From Phoronis australis (taxonomy: Eukaryota; Animalia; Phoronida): a DNA stretch of 64,000 bases. Both the position numbers and the translations under genes were made by a program. Below the pieces are notes generated by a model, which saw only the letters and a program-made list of their open reading frames with translations, made no database searches and was not told the origin of the DNA. The DNA lies in contig NMRA01000283.1 of the NCBI GenBank assembly GCA_002633005.1, positions 124,001-188,000 of the forward strand. Direction: 5' to 3'. Positions within the stretch are counted from its first letter, which is position 1. Every line of letters begins with the position of its first letter. This document shows positions 1 through 14,041 of this stretch, piece by piece.

Positions 1-1222
1 GTTGTCTGAAAAGGATGAAATGTCATGTATGTATTTTTCTTCCTGAACTCTAAAATTGTGACTGGTTCTTTTTGGGCACTCAGGGAAGGTTCTCTAAAAA
101 TGCCTTTTTCTAAATTTCAGTTGTCTCCAAATGACTGAGAAAATTCAAACTCCACCAGAATTTATTATAAAATTGATGTCTATTTTTGAAAACCCAAATC
201 CATACTGTGATGAGTTTGTGGGTTAGGTCTTGGAACAATCGGTTCACTGTATTATGTACCATTACCCTGAGCTGTTAAAGCCAAGAAATTTCCAATATCA
301 TGATGTGATCTAAAATCAGGCTGGATTAAACTTAGCAAACATGCCTATTGTGTTGGTATACAATGCTATGGTAAGGTAGCTAGAGCGTACAGCCACACAA
401 ATGAATTAGGAGGTGAAATCCAAGTCTGATTTCCAGCTGAAAATCAACCATTTTTATTTGTTCAAAGTTTTATGTGAAAGTATTTCATAAAAACACATCT
501 GCATGATATTTCTGAAAGTCATTTGCCTAAAGTATTCTTTAAACATTGGTTATCCTCACTCTGTTTACAGCATAAATGTTGGATTACATGAGCTTATGAG
601 ATGAACATAGACAATTAGAGCTCTGAACTATGTTGAGGTTGGTTTACCAATTTTCTCCCCTTACTATGGCTGTCCGACTGATGAGGATGTGGCTGTAATC
701 CAAGCCTCCTGATCACCAAAATGAGAAACTCTTGAGTCACCCTACAAGGCAGGGCGTCACGGGACTGGTACCAATGAGTCCAAAATGTACTAATTTTTTA
801 AAGAAATGAATAATCTCCTGTTATTTCAAACTTGTTACCACTGGTAAGTAAGCCAAGCTGGGCCCCATAATTCAACTCGATGCAGTGACGAGTTAAAGCA
901 TGTTGTGGAAAACACTGACTTCCCAGCCTGAATATTTCAAACATGGCATCCTACTGGGTTACAGCTGAGGGATAAAGACATGTAAATCGGATCTCATTCT
1001 TGGGCGGTTATCACCTGTCCACATGCTCCGATTTTTTGTCCAAAATTGGCTTCTCTACCTCTAAGCCACTAAACAAGTGTGGCTATAAAATTTTCACTGT
1101 ATGTCTGTCTTAACGTAGTGCTAACTTGGAAAGTTTGGTTAATCGCCTGACGTCATCACCGACTGGACTGTGTATAACATCTGTGATCAGTTTCTCCAAA
1201 TGATGATTTCGTAATTTTACAG

Positions 1223-4200
1223 AGCACCACGGTTGCCGAGGGTGACACCAAACTGGTGCAGACACAGAAAGGAGGGCAAATCGATACTTCAATAATAAGA
1301 GAACTGATTAATGATGAAATGCACATGGTAAGCTGGTGTGGGGGTACCTGGAGGCAGGGCGCTTCAGTGCTGTCTCACGGTGAGACAGGCAGTACTCAGC
1401 CAAGAATTGTATGATGACACTTGGCTTACCTCAAAATCCAACTGCTGCTTGGTGATTTGACCCAATTATATTGCACATGCATCAGAATTAATGAGGAGCA
1501 TAATATGGCAACATCATATAAAAAGGTTTTCAGTTGTGAAAGTCACATTTCTTGTCCTATTTTCAAAATTATAAACCTAACCACATAATACCTTTCACCA
1601 ACTATTCACGTATGCTTTGTCAAAACTTCCAAAAGGAAAATTTAAAGATACTATCTTCACCCCCATTGTGTTTGTGATGAGTCTGCTTATCTAGATACCA
1701 ATAATGTCAGCAGCCTCAAGCGATGTAATTAACTACAACAGCATGGTGTTTTTGATCAATGCTGCAGAGTTTGAGGTACGCAATCCGGTCGAGTTGCCGA
1801 ATCTCAACCAGTGAGGGTGTCTACAACTGTAAAGAGTGATAGGATTCTTTTCATACATGAAAGTTTGCAGTTAGTATTAGACATACGGAGTACTGCCAAT
1901 AATCTGTGGTTTTACTTTGAAGTGGGAAATACAGTAATTTGTCTTTTATTTCGCCTCTGAAAAGTTTCCGAAATTGTCATTGTTTTGTTTTTCGAGGCAG
2001 TGAATGGTGGAAATATTGGAATCTTGTTTTATGACATCTACAAAGTACACTCCCTGCCTGCAAAGTGCAAAGTTTTCTCAAAACTGCTATAAATGACAAA
2101 AGCCTCTTTTGATTTAGACCACCTACCGTTGTCAAGTGGTCTCAAATTGTCCCTCTATCAAAATAGGTGTCATTTTTGTGCCTGTAAGTGAAGAATTACA
2201 ATGAGTGAAATAGCTACAATCTAGATTGTCAATGAATATCCTCACACTGTTTAACTTAACTCCAACTATGTGAGAAGAAAAATAGACTGTTTTAAGTTAA
2301 GGAAGTCTGACTGGTGAGTGACTGAGTGTTCTACAGAAGTTGAGAAATTAAATCGTTATTTACAGTAACTTTTCACGTTTAGCATACAGTATACGGTTGT
2401 AACTGACACTGAAGTGGATTATTATTTTGTGAAATTTTTCGCAAGAAATATAGTTTTTTCATTTATTTAAGCTTGGTGTTGCTCAATGTAGGTGTCATCA
2501 AACGATATAAAGTATCCCGGTATTAGCAGTAAGATTATCAGCCCTTGTAAAGTAGAAAAATTATATTATTATATGACGTAAGTGGAGAATGACTATATCC
2601 ACACTTTTTGGGATTTGAAATTTAAAGGTTACGGCAAGTTAATCACGGGTTTAGGTGAAAAACTGGTGATGGCTCTCAACTGTTGGCTTTAAATAAAAAG
2701 TCAAGAATTTAGTTCACTGGCGCCACTGGGTGCCACAGTTTGTAAACATTGTATGGCATTCGAATTGATTCAGTCAGTTGTTTGAAACATCAGCGCTGTG
2801 TTAGACTGTCAACTTGTCCTTGATGCTAATGTTCTCATACTGTGTATGCATCGCTCACTGCGCCACCCTGCACCCTGTGTTTGTCTGCGACTGAGAGCGA
2901 GTGGTTAGTTTTAGCTAATGACTTATTAACTGGAATGCGTCAGCTGCCTAAAGTATCATTCATCAATTTTTTTGCATTCAAATGATTCACTTCCAAAGCT
3001 AAAAAAGATGAATGGGTTGAGGGCATTACACTTTTTTGTTGGTTTCCTTTGAACTTTCCTCTCAACAATTACCAGCTGATCTTTAGCCCCATTTCTGTAG
3101 GTTGCCATGGTGTTACTGTGTTTCTTTTAACTTAGCCTTTCTTGATTGTCCTATGGGGTGTTGTGAAATGTAGCCCAAAGGATGCATGGCGAACAGTCTG
3201 TGTATGACCCAAATTTGAATACACAGGGTAGCTTAGTCAGATTTTGTGATACTATTTTTGTTGCAATATGTTACTTATTTTGTAATGTGAGACAGCAAAT
3301 GCCTTTTTAAAGCACAGTATTGTGACAGTTGCCACATGTTAAAAGCCATGGTCAATGTTAGTGTCTTGAGCTGTCTTGATTTTGATTAGATAGTCTCTAT
3401 TAATTGAAACCCTAAGCTCAAGGAAAAAATAGTTTGTACATTAGTGTACAACTGTTAGAGAAAACGCTGTCATTCACTACTGAGAAAAGTAGCGTTTCTG
3501 TCCTTAGTATGAAAAGGCCTTATGAATTATGTTTATGTTCTCATTTCTTGAAAATAATGAGAGAAAAAACAGGAGTTTTACATATATTTTATAGTAGTTT
3601 GCTATCCATCAGCATTAAAAGGATCTTAGTGGGTACTAAGAAGCCATCAGGACCAAACCAATATGGTTGACTTAAGCTGTGAACACACACTGGCACAATT
3701 GCTGATATCCTATGATCAACTCCTGCTCAAATTTGATAACACAGAGGTCATGCGATAAGGTGGACTCTATCATCAGCTGGTGTCCTCTGATCTCTGCCTT
3801 CTTGTACTAACTAGGACTCACCAGGTGCCTTGGGTGAAGTTGAGTTTATTGGTCCAGGGAATAAGGTTTTTTTCTTCGAAAATTTCTTGAAGATAGCTGT
3901 TAAAAGCTGTTTACCTGTGCTTCCTTTATTGAGACGAATGACTGGAAATCTTAATATTAAATTTTGTTAAGCTAAAAATAAGTGACAGGCTTTTCTCTGT
4001 TATCAAATTGAATTTTCAAACATATTTTTCCGGGAAATAGTCTCAACAGAAATGTCACGTGAAAGTCATATAACAGTTAACCATTTTGTCTTGTACCAGG
4101 AATTAATGAAAACAGACCACCCAAAGTGCACCCATGGGCATGTGTTCTAAAATGTTACAAAAATACCCTTGTGGGTATATTTTTAGCATGTTTTGAAAGT

Positions 4201-4921
4201 CTGATAAGTTGTTCTTAAGTACATGTATATTGTGTTTGGATGCAAAACTTTGTTTAATTTGACAAGACATTTTGTGATGTGTTTTCATTCAAATAACATT
4301 TAAGGAGATATTGGGTGACTTGGTTGGTAACAAGCTGTATTACCACAGCACAAAGGGCAGTTTTAACGCATTGCGTTTGCTGATTGCAAACAAAATATGG
4401 GCGAATAAAATTTTACTAGTCTGATATAACTATCTATAACATTAAAATGATGCGTTTAGTTTTAAAAATTGGGAACTTTTAGACTACTGTTTCTTTTGAA
4501 AAATAGTGGAAAAGTGTTTGGTAAGAGATTATTTCATTATCAGTACAAAGAAATTGCCGTTTTATGAACTATCCTTGTTTACACAAGTGATAGTCACATT
4601 TACCTAATTAAAAACAATTTTGAGAGAATAATGATAATTTGAATCCTTTATACTGTCAACAGTAATTCCAAAAATACACCCGTGCCTTTATTCAGTTTTA
4701 TTTGACTTTTTTGAAAGGCAATTGAATATTCATCCATGGGCCTATTTTCAAAAATTCGCGGTTAATGTGAGTTGAGATGGAACTTCACATACTTCAGTTG
4801 CACCTATCAATACATGACTTTGTAGTGGGTACTGATGGGGCCTTCATCTGTACTGTTTCCTTTTCAGACCCTTACAGCAGGTGACGTGGTATGCACTCGT
4901 GTCTACAAAAGAATGAAATGA
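1223..4921 (+). CDS. FABP: Fatty acid-binding protein (iLBP/FABP family), paralog A, 3' part only: exon 3 1223-1327 and exon 4 4868-4921; exons 1-2 lie upstream of the window
   Basis: ttttacag|STTVAEGDTKLVQTQKGGQIDTSIIRELINDEMHM|gtaagc (105 nt, phase 0) joins ttttcag|TLTAGDVVCTRVYKRMK-TGA. This is the classic FABP C-terminus with the R-x-Y carboxylate-binding motif and the conserved FABP intron positions. Confidence 0.9.
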
Positions 4922-5503
4922 TCCAGTCAAAGCAGATTTGTGTTGGGGGATTTGGTCCTAAGAATCGGCTGCTGAATGTTCTCATCTAGTCTTGAAAGCA
5001 TTTGCCTAATCACATTTTCTTTTTAATTAAATGACAATCGATCGATCACTGTTGATTTTGTGATATATTTTGTTTATTTCTGTGTATGGAGTTGGACAGA
5101 TTGAGCCTTGTACATCAACAATGCTTGGTTTTGCACACTTTTTTACCAATGGTATTTGATATTGATATCCCTTTTATATTTGATATTGATATCCCCTATT
5201 ATTTTGTAAAACTAAACAGGTTGTCAGTGTAGAATACCTTGGAGATCAAATTCCTCATAATGAATATCATGAATTTCACTTTTTGACCAGGAATTATTGT
5301 AGTCTTAATACATCACCATCCAGTGGATGTACATGTGCGTTTAGTAATAATTAGTCATGTCCTAGCAATGAAAGAGGTCGCACAGTCTAGTATTGCAATA
5401 ATTGATCTTTTTAGCGTGATAGATAATTTTAATAACCTTAGTAAACATTTGTAGACATGTTTTCAACTTGTTTCATCACTTTAAATTATTTCAAGTTAGC
5501 CTA

Positions 5504-5509
5504 AATAAA
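5504..5509 (+). terminator. Candidate polyadenylation signal of FABP paralog A
   Basis: AATAAA about 580 nt after the stop codon, close to where the CpG-poor region ends. Confidence 0.4.
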
Positions 5510-7489
5510 ATAATTCTTTGGGCTTTCCCGAATGTCTTCATGTCCATGAATATTTGAAATCTTAAGACCTATTGTATCTAATATGAGACTATATTCAGAA
5601 ATGGTACATATCATACAAAATGGTAACATCAAGCTCTTTATTCGAAAATGTTACCACAAATTTAGTTGGTGTATTGTTGACAGTTAAGTTATCAGAAAAC
5701 CAAATTTTAGGACTAATTTATCTGCGCCGCTGTGCCATGTGGGAAATGAAACCCTAATCTATGTTCATTGTGTCAAAACCAAATAGTTTTTAATTAAATT
5801 TATTTTACAATTGTTGTCAGTGAAAGTAGTTGCGTAAGTGATTTGTCAGCTGCTGATTAAATACAATGTACTGAGGTGTCTTTTGTTCACTTTGTTATCT
5901 GGTGTTAAGATCACGTGGGACCCTACTGACTGGTTTGGGTATTTAGCCAAACATCCTAAAATTAAGTTTAACTCATTAAAAGTACATAATTCTGGAAGTA
6001 GAAAGCCGGTAAAATTAGATTTCTTGAAATTTTAGTGATCTACCGTTTACTTGGTAAGCCAGGCGAGCATGCTTTTTACTATTATTTAGCAAAAATGAGA
6101 ATTGGTAGCAGAGCAATTGGCATCAAAAACATGATCGATTTTTATTTTATATTTAAAAATGAAATCTCAAAAACATTGTATAGATTTCTAAAATATGTAT
6201 TTTGTTTTCGTTGTCTACAGCTTTAGAGTTTTTTCATGAAAATCTCGCAAAAATCCTACTTTTGATAGCTCCACATGCAAAAGTGGAGGTTGCACAACTA
6301 TTAATGACATTTGGTCCCCTACCACAAACATAATTTGCCGACTCCTTGATTTGCCTCACAGGCTTTGACCGGCAGTCTTCGCCATAGGCGTTGGAGCGTG
6401 CTCATTCCTTACGCCATTTAGAACGTTCTGTGGTTTCACATAGCTTACTGGATAGTAGAAGTTTTTCAGTCTGTACCCCATTTTAGTACCGTGTAATAAT
6501 CCGTAGTCCGCTGGTGGTATGATTATCTCGTCATTGTTTACGGCGGATTGGTGACAATTGCCCCTGGACCCTCTAAAATCGACCCCGCTCTTGGCGAGAG
6601 AAGGGTCGGTAATATGTATGGAAAAGACGAGGAGAAAGAAAATTGATGATGTTATCGGTCGCCCGAGAAGTGTCTTTATCAGATAACCTAAATTTGACAA
6701 AAAAGGAAAACACAATTACTTGGGTAGTTAAGAGCTTGACCCTTCAGTGAAAGGATATACAACAGAAAAAAACGGATTAAGCGAGTGATGCCATCAACGG
6801 AGATCATCGCAGAAAAAACTCCTAATATGAAAGGATATAAGGGATTTCAAACAGAAAAAGGGCAACAACTAATGATATCATCGGGCAGATTCGTACGTCC
6901 GCGGACCTCTTAATGAAGTTGATCCCTTGTCAGTAAGCGATCCCTGAAAACTGGATCCGGATTTCATCTTTCCTACTTGGTATATCCTCTGACTCACTGT
7001 ATGTGATGTTGCTGTATTTACAACACGTTGACTTGTTTCATTAAGCCCAGTAGTGGTATTTGAAGTGAAGAAAAATGTTTTATTGTCTGGCGGCCCCCTC
7101 TTAATTATCGCTAAAACAAACCGATTGAACGAATTCCGTAGTGTTGCTTTCGTAGGGAAGCGACTCTACGGAAGTCGTTTTGATAGCCGCCAGATAATAA
7201 TATATTTTCTTCACTTCAAAATGACACCATTATAGGCTTCCGTACCATCTCAACAAGAAGGACTAGAACTGCACTTACCGGTATGAGTTATTGAACTAGG
7301 AACGTGGAACAAAATTTACGTAGTCTTCATGTACATGGACATAGGTAAAGCCCGGCGAACGCTTTTTAAGTTTGTATTGGCGACTTATTTCCTTCATAGC
7401 TCAGTGTTATATTTCTACTGGAAGCCCTGATATCTCATTCGCCTACGGTCGGACGCAATCTAGTAAAGGGACTAACTTAGTACTCAACT

Positions 7490-8010
7490 TCGAAAAACTC
7501 TAAACAATCGGGAATACACAGATACAAACCAAATTTATCAAAATCTGCTCAAAACCAAAGGAGCCAGTCCGATGACAAACTTTAAATCCGGAAGATCATT
7601 TGCCAATCTTTGGCCTGCAGTAGCCCACAGCCACTACAAGGACGCGTATGAATAACCGTGGGCTTTCGTCATTCATCGTCGATCTGCTGTCATAGTTCAA
7701 AGTTATGTAATTATTATTCACAACCACATAATTTCACACGATATTACTTAAAGTACACTGAAGAGGAAAAACAAAAGGCAATCGAGAGAGCCATTTTTTA
7801 CCCAAAACACTAAACTAGGGAAAAGTCGAACTATCGGGAATACACAGATAGGGAACGAAATTTGATAAAAAAAAGAAAATTTAGGACTCCTGGAGCCAGA
7901 ACGATGACAAGAAACTTGGAGCCCGGTAGATCAGTCACCGAAGGATTGTTCTAAATATCCTACGTCCCCCTCGACCTACAACCCGACACCGCGACGCACA
8001 ATAACCCCGG
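7490..8010. repeat. Diverged direct repeat pair (about 7505-7620 and 7832-7940) with a related inverted copy near 8675-8730
   Basis: ATCGGGAATACACAGATA...GGAGCCAG..CGATGACAA occurs twice; GGATTGTTCTAAA..CCT..CCCC.TCGACC at about 7944 matches the reverse complement near 8690-8720. Confidence 0.55.
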
Positions 8011-8213
8011 ACCTGTGGCAGTAAATGTATCTTCGCGATTTTTACACATTTCGTAATCATATTACGTCGTTGAATAACTTTACCATAAGACATACATGTA
8101 CGTACACGCCAGTCTGCTCTGCCTCAAGTGGTGGTTAAGAACAGAAAGTGGCGGATTGTGAGCGCGCTCTGTTACGGAAATAGTTCCACGAGCGGACCTA
8201 AGTTTGCTAAACT

Positions 8214-8232
8214 GAGAGAGAGAGAGAGAGAG
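8214..8232. repeat. (AG)n microsatellite
   Basis: gagagagagagagagagag. Confidence 0.9.
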
Positions 8233-9894
8233 TACGCTAACGTGAATGCAAATAATTTTACATTTTTATTATTTGCTGTCTGTTAAATACTCGTTTTACA
8301 ATATACATGTAACAATATACATGTATGACTGTATTGGTGTATTTACTGAAGCAATTACATATTTGTCAGTTCTTCGCGCTTTCCCAAAAAAGGCTTGAAT
8401 CTGCCATTCACTGAAGAGCTGACGAGACGATTACACTCTGCCGGGAACGACATTTGTAAAGTTGGTAGGTCTTTATTTGATTTGGTTGCGTTGTTTTTTT
8501 TCTCTGTGTTTTGGCTTTCAAACTTGCCAAATCGACTCTCTTAAATATTGCAAAAAAAAACAAGAGAGACCCAGCCAAGCTCACGGCCAGAGTCGTTTGT
8601 CCTGCAAGTCAGTGCTTGTTCTACATGTACATGATGAAAAAAAAAATCGAGTACAGCTTGTGAGGTCAAGGGGGTTGTGGGCCTTGGGTCGAAGGGGTTG
8701 AGGAGGTTTTAGAACAATCCGTGGCCGAACGACAAACGAGCGACTATGAACAAAGGACCCGCGTAGATCTATAAATAACATGGACGTGCTTTAGGGTTGT
8801 TTTCCACTGAGACGTTAGAATCTCGCAATGGAAGCTAGTGTTATACCGTGCTTCGCTTGTAATACGTCGGTGATATTTCTCGAGGTCTAGTGGGATTTTT
8901 GTGTCCGCCAGTTTCTCAAAAGTCTACCATAGCTGAGAACGCACGCCTGGCTGTTGTCATTATTTCAGTACTAAGTTTGAAAAAGACTGGATACTTATGG
9001 ATAACACATTCGTAGCGACACGGCTAACTACCATGAATAGGTGATTATTCATCTCTGTAGCAAACAAATTTACGATGCATATTGTGTACCTGCTGCAGCG
9101 CAGAAATCCTGAAGTGATGCACATTCAGCAGTTCAGACTTGTCCCCGCGTCCATTGAATCACCGCGTCACCTATTGAGCCAGCTTGTCAGTTGTGTGAAC
9201 GAAACGGAAACGAATGCTTTCGAGAACTAATATGCGGCAAAAAATTTAAGGGAGGTAGATACTCTCTTTGTCTTTCCATGTTCCTCTTTGAAATTTGCAA
9301 ACTTTAATATATGTCGTTTTAAGTATGACGAACAACTTGAGAAAAAGCAAAGATTTTTTTATTTACTAGTTTTTTAATAAAATATGTAAATTTTCCCAAA
9401 AAGCTAATTTTTTTTCATGATGGCTTTTCCAAGAAAAAATGCTGTCACCGGACTCCAAAGCCTTCCAATAGTCTTGTTTTAAAAGTCACCAATACATAAT
9501 TATGACCATAAAGCCATCACCACATACTCTTCTGTTTTTGTGCTGTGTTTTTGAGATTGGCAAATCCGCAACAACCAGTAAAAATTCTATCTTCATATCA
9601 ACATAATTTAAGTTATAACGAATTTAAAGAAAACTCCTCGCACGGATTTGAACTTAATTTGTATTAGATTTAAAATTTTTGGTTAAGTAAAAACCAATCA
9701 AAAGATAGCTGAGAAATAAACTTGAACGTATTGCCACTACTATGAAATAATGCGGGAACTGAGATAAATGTGTTTTAAAGTTTTGCAGTTATCATATGCT
9801 ACTTTTGGTCAAATTTCACTAAAATGTGTGCATATAATGCTCCAAATTTACTGAACATTTGAGCTTTTTTTCTTAAAATGTGAGTCCTTCTAAA

Positions 9895-10385
9895 GTCGCT
9901 TCCCCATTAGAAGCGGAACTTCGTTTTTACCGAAGATTCGGTAAGTGGGAAACGCTAACTCTGCTAGTTAATCTGCAAGCGAAACTTCGCTTCGAATAGT
10001 AGGATTTAAAAGCGAAGCTTCGGTACTCACCAAAGCTTCGGTGTGGAACACTAAAAGCGAAGCTTCGTCGAAGTTATCGGCAGAGGTCGCGGCAACGACA
10101 TACTGTACGATCATGCGAGACTCGTAAAATGTTGGGTAACGTAGCCGACGTGCTGTCAATAGACGGACGTATATAAATAAAACAAAGCATATCTAATGAA
10201 GAATGACACTGATCATTTTCATAAACACTCATGAATGGCAGGCGAACAACTTTCAGTTAACCTCGAACCCACTATACAATATTCGTTTAAGAGTACAAAT
10301 GAACTGTGTCGTCTGTTGTCATAGTGATGACTTCGATATCGCTGTGTAGTCGGAAAGGTAAGAAGTTTTGACGAAGCTTCGTAAA
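9895..10385. repeat. Cluster of palindromic CGAAGCTTCG-type motifs, probably subterminal repeats of a non-autonomous DNA transposon
   Basis: gcgaagcttcg and variants (gcggaacttcg, gcgaaacttcg, ccgaagattcgg) recur several times in 9910-10080 and again near 10370. Confidence 0.5.
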
Positions 10386-11950
10386 CCGACCTAATAACCA
10401 AATCTAATATATCTGCATGGTCTTTTGGGTTTCCTTTTTTGGTGTGATAATTGGCCAATTTGTGATCTAAGCTCCCGATTCCTACAGTGAGCTACCATCT
10501 TTCAAGCCTGATGAGCAGCCTTGTAGCGAAATGAAGAGATGTGGTTCAAACGACAACTATGCACTTTTCAAGTCAACTTCATTTTGTCACGGACATGTAA
10601 ACGAATTATCAAAGTTTTAGACAATATAAAAATCCAAAACAGTCAAAAAAAATCAATTAAAACACCCTTCTTAAGATGTCGTTTGGCAAGCGATTTCGCA
10701 CAGTAACGTTGCACGTGCAATCCTCTCAACTGATTGGTTATGCTTGATCTGAACGCGGAACAACACACAACAGAAATGTCTGTCATGATTTGATTGACAA
10801 CAGTGCGTGAGCTCAGTGACGATAACGCCATCTAGTTATCGTTTCAACCGGTTATTGCACTCGCACCATGCTTGCAATTTATTTTAATTATAATATGTTT
10901 ATTGCCAATCGTCTGGGCACTTACATGTAAGTACAGGAAGCACTCTGGACGAAAGTATGCGAATCATAAATGACAATTTAAAGTTTACAATTTGCAAGGG
11001 ATCAAATAATTTGTCGCAGACACAAAATCAGTAAAAGGTGCTAACTATTTCACCCAAGGTTGAACACTTAAGAATGTTTTTGGTAATGGTGTTCCCGCGA
11101 TGTACAAGTTTCCTTCAGAGTGACGTGGTAGCTGATAAGCCTCACGTTATATTATAAGCAGAACTGGCCACGTCCACCAACTGCATCAATTATTTTTTAT
11201 CAACACCTTAATCAGTATATCAATCACCATTGTCAGTATAACAAAGCACTTTAAATTAGTCTGAGGGATGGAAAATTCAATCCGCGGTTGTTAAAACAGA
11301 CAAAGGTGTTCTGCAAATAAATTATACAAATCTACTCGGTGTTCCATTAACAATTAATTCGCCCCACGTAAGCTGTCTAGCCGATAACCTCGCTGATTAC
11401 GGGCGATAAGCGAAGCGGGTGGCACTCCTGGTTTAAAATTACGTTGGACCATAAAATGTCCAAATGTGGCAACTTCGGAATATCGTATCAAAGAAAGGAG
11501 GTTTCGGATTCACGTGTGACTTTCAGATATCATGTTTTATGCACTGTTCTTCAAAACACTGTTAGTCGTTGTCAGTTTTAAAGCGCACCACTTTTGCATG
11601 ATTGGATATGAAAAACAGGACCTTTATGATCACTATGAAAGATATGCATGAAACGAAACGAACCGAGAACTTAGAAAACAGTTTTTGAGATTTCATCTTG
11701 AACAATTGTATCAAATGATAGCAATCCGTGTCATTGGTGTCATTGTTTCGCTACGGGAGATCCCTTTATTTTTTGAATGTTACTAAAACGACATAATCAA
11801 AGGCAGTTTGGTAGTAAGCCAAACAGATTCCGTTCTGCGGGCTTTCAAATTTCAGGAAAATGCCCTTTCACTAAGTTAAAATATCTACAGCTTTGTAGAT
11901 ATTCATATTTGGCTAATTGCCCAGATTAGTTGACAAGTCCCTGTGCAATC

Positions 11951-12728
11951 TTAAAGAGGCCTGGAACGCGAAAAAAGACTTTATATTCTAAGTCGTTCTT
12001 TGTCACTGAAGTAGAACTCGGCCTGTTCACTAGGCATTTTTACAATTTATTTGTAAAGAACTTGAACTTTTGTTGATGTCAAGGCATTTTTTCTTTTAGT
12101 CTCGGATTTCAAAAACAAAAGCAACCTGTCAACTGTTGGTCACTTAGTCGATTTTTCTCCCACAAGGCAAAGCAAGTCTTCTTATTTGGTATGGCAAGAC
12201 ATAGAGGTAGCGTACACGCATTTCCCTTATTTGGAAAATGTGATCTTTAGCCTTTGGTGTAAACAAAACAATGGAGACTTCAAGCAAAAGGCAGTCCGAT
12301 TAAGAGGCAATTGATCTAAGTTCTAACTGTTTGAAATAAGTTGTAAATGTGTAGTATTCAATTTTTTTCTAAAGTGCAGTTCGACTTCTTCTTGCTTGAC
12401 TGGCTTGCTTCATAGGGGGCTGTCGAATTCAGATTCGAAGTGCGATCACATGATAATTGTCGTTAACATCCATCTTGTCTGCCAGCTGTATGTCGAATGC
12501 TTTGAGAGCATGCCTATATTTATCTGAGTGGGAGGGAGATTAAAAACTGTGATGATCATATGGTTTTTCCTTCGCGTGTATTTCAAAAATTGTGAATTTG
12601 TGATTTTGCTCTGGAAATTTCCTCACAGGAGAAAGTGAATGACTCTGTAGTAGACGTTACCAGATGGTACTTACGTCAGAAATATTTCAAAAGATATTGT
12701 GACGAGCTTTTGCGCTCTATGCCTCTAA
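11951..12728. mobile_element. Kolobok-like non-autonomous DNA transposon; a second, diverged and deleted copy lies at about 16490-16914
   Basis: Starts ttaa|agaggc and ends gcctct|aa. Internal blocks (ctgtcaactg...ttttctcccacaa; tttttccttcgc...ctggaaattt.ctcacagg...gagcttttgcg.tctat) are repeated at 16.5-16.9 kb. Confidence 0.55.
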
Positions 12729-13582
12729 CTTTTTGCGCGAGAAAGGCACGTGTTGCCTGTACACTTATCTAGTCTACAGCAGGGCAGGCTAAAAAGAAAA
12801 CTTCATACATGGAATTTAAAATTGAACTTCACCATTTCATTATGAAACCCCATTGGTTCTTGCCGGTACCCAACTCACATTTAAACCTGTATCTCGCTGT
12901 TTAAAGGAACACAACCTGGGTCATTTTGAAGAAGATTGCCTCTTGAAATTATGAGTTACAAAATAAAACAGCAAAACGTAATGTATGCTTGTGATTGTAG
13001 TGTTATATCACGATTCCTTGTAAAGGGTGTCAGCCAAAAGTTAACTGAAATCGAGGTGGCGACGTCATCAGCAGTTTCGTTCGTGGACGCCATGAAATGT
13101 GTAGTGGTGATGAGTATGAAAGCTGGCGTGAAAAAAGTCAGGGATTGATTAGTCCTGTGTATATGTGGGAAGAAGAGACGAAGAATTGAAGCATATTGTA
13201 GGAGTAATTTCTCTTCAATATGCATTTGGAAGCAAAATCAAGCGCTCGACTAGTGCCACGCGAGGAGTTGGACATTTTCAATACAGAGTTCTTGTAGACA
13301 TCGCAGTGGGTTTCCGTTACCCTCCCGTCTTCCACCCCAGAAAAAGCCAGAGATTTATGCTTATTTTCGATTGATTTTAAGCTTAGTTTTCGAAAAGATT
13401 ACAACGTATCCAATCTTTCACTGGTAATCGAATATTCGAATCGAGACATACATGTATCTTCTGTAATCTTTAGCATATTATGCAAAAATCGCTTTCTTAA
13501 AAGGGCAAATGCGCTTTGAAATCCCGATAACCTGATAATTGCAACTGCTAACCTGTGATGTTTTGGGGAGAACTATTGTCAG

Positions 13583-14041
13583 CACCTGTTTCAAACGCCG
13601 TAACACCATTCAAGAGCAATGGAAACCGTTACATGCTTGTAGCTCACTGTAATATATTCAAACAACAATACATTGCACACCGTAACACTCTTCAACGAGT
13701 CTTACATGAGTGTTACAGTGCGCTCCGGGATCAATTCGATGTTTACTCTTGTTGCCAAAGTTTTGGCTTATATTCAGCTTCGAGACAAGCGGCAATCTGT
13801 ATTTTGCGCCGAATTTACAAAGTGGCAGCCTCAGATAAAAGTACCGTTATCCCAGAACTCTTAGGTCTCGCGACTTCACACTTGTTATCGTTGCTCAAAG
13901 AAAAGGCCGTCTCATTGTGGGCTTGTTGAGGAGTGTCACATTGAATAATGTATTGTGGTAATATAATACAGTGAGCTGCAAGCATGTAACGGCTTGCATC
14001 TAATAGACTCTTGAATGGTGTTACGGCGTTTGGAACAGGTG
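13583..14041. mobile_element. MITE with about 95-bp terminal inverted repeats and a 6-bp TSD (TGTCAG)
   Basis: tgtcag|CACCTGTTTCAAACGCCGTAACACCATTCAAGAG ... CTCTTGAATGGTGTTACGGCGTTTGGAACAGGTG|tgtcag. Confidence 0.85.

Noticed and set aside
10500-10545. CTGATGAGC...GCGAAA hammerhead-like core
   Set aside because: Stem II is only 2 bp, and no valid stem I/III or NUH cleavage site could be placed
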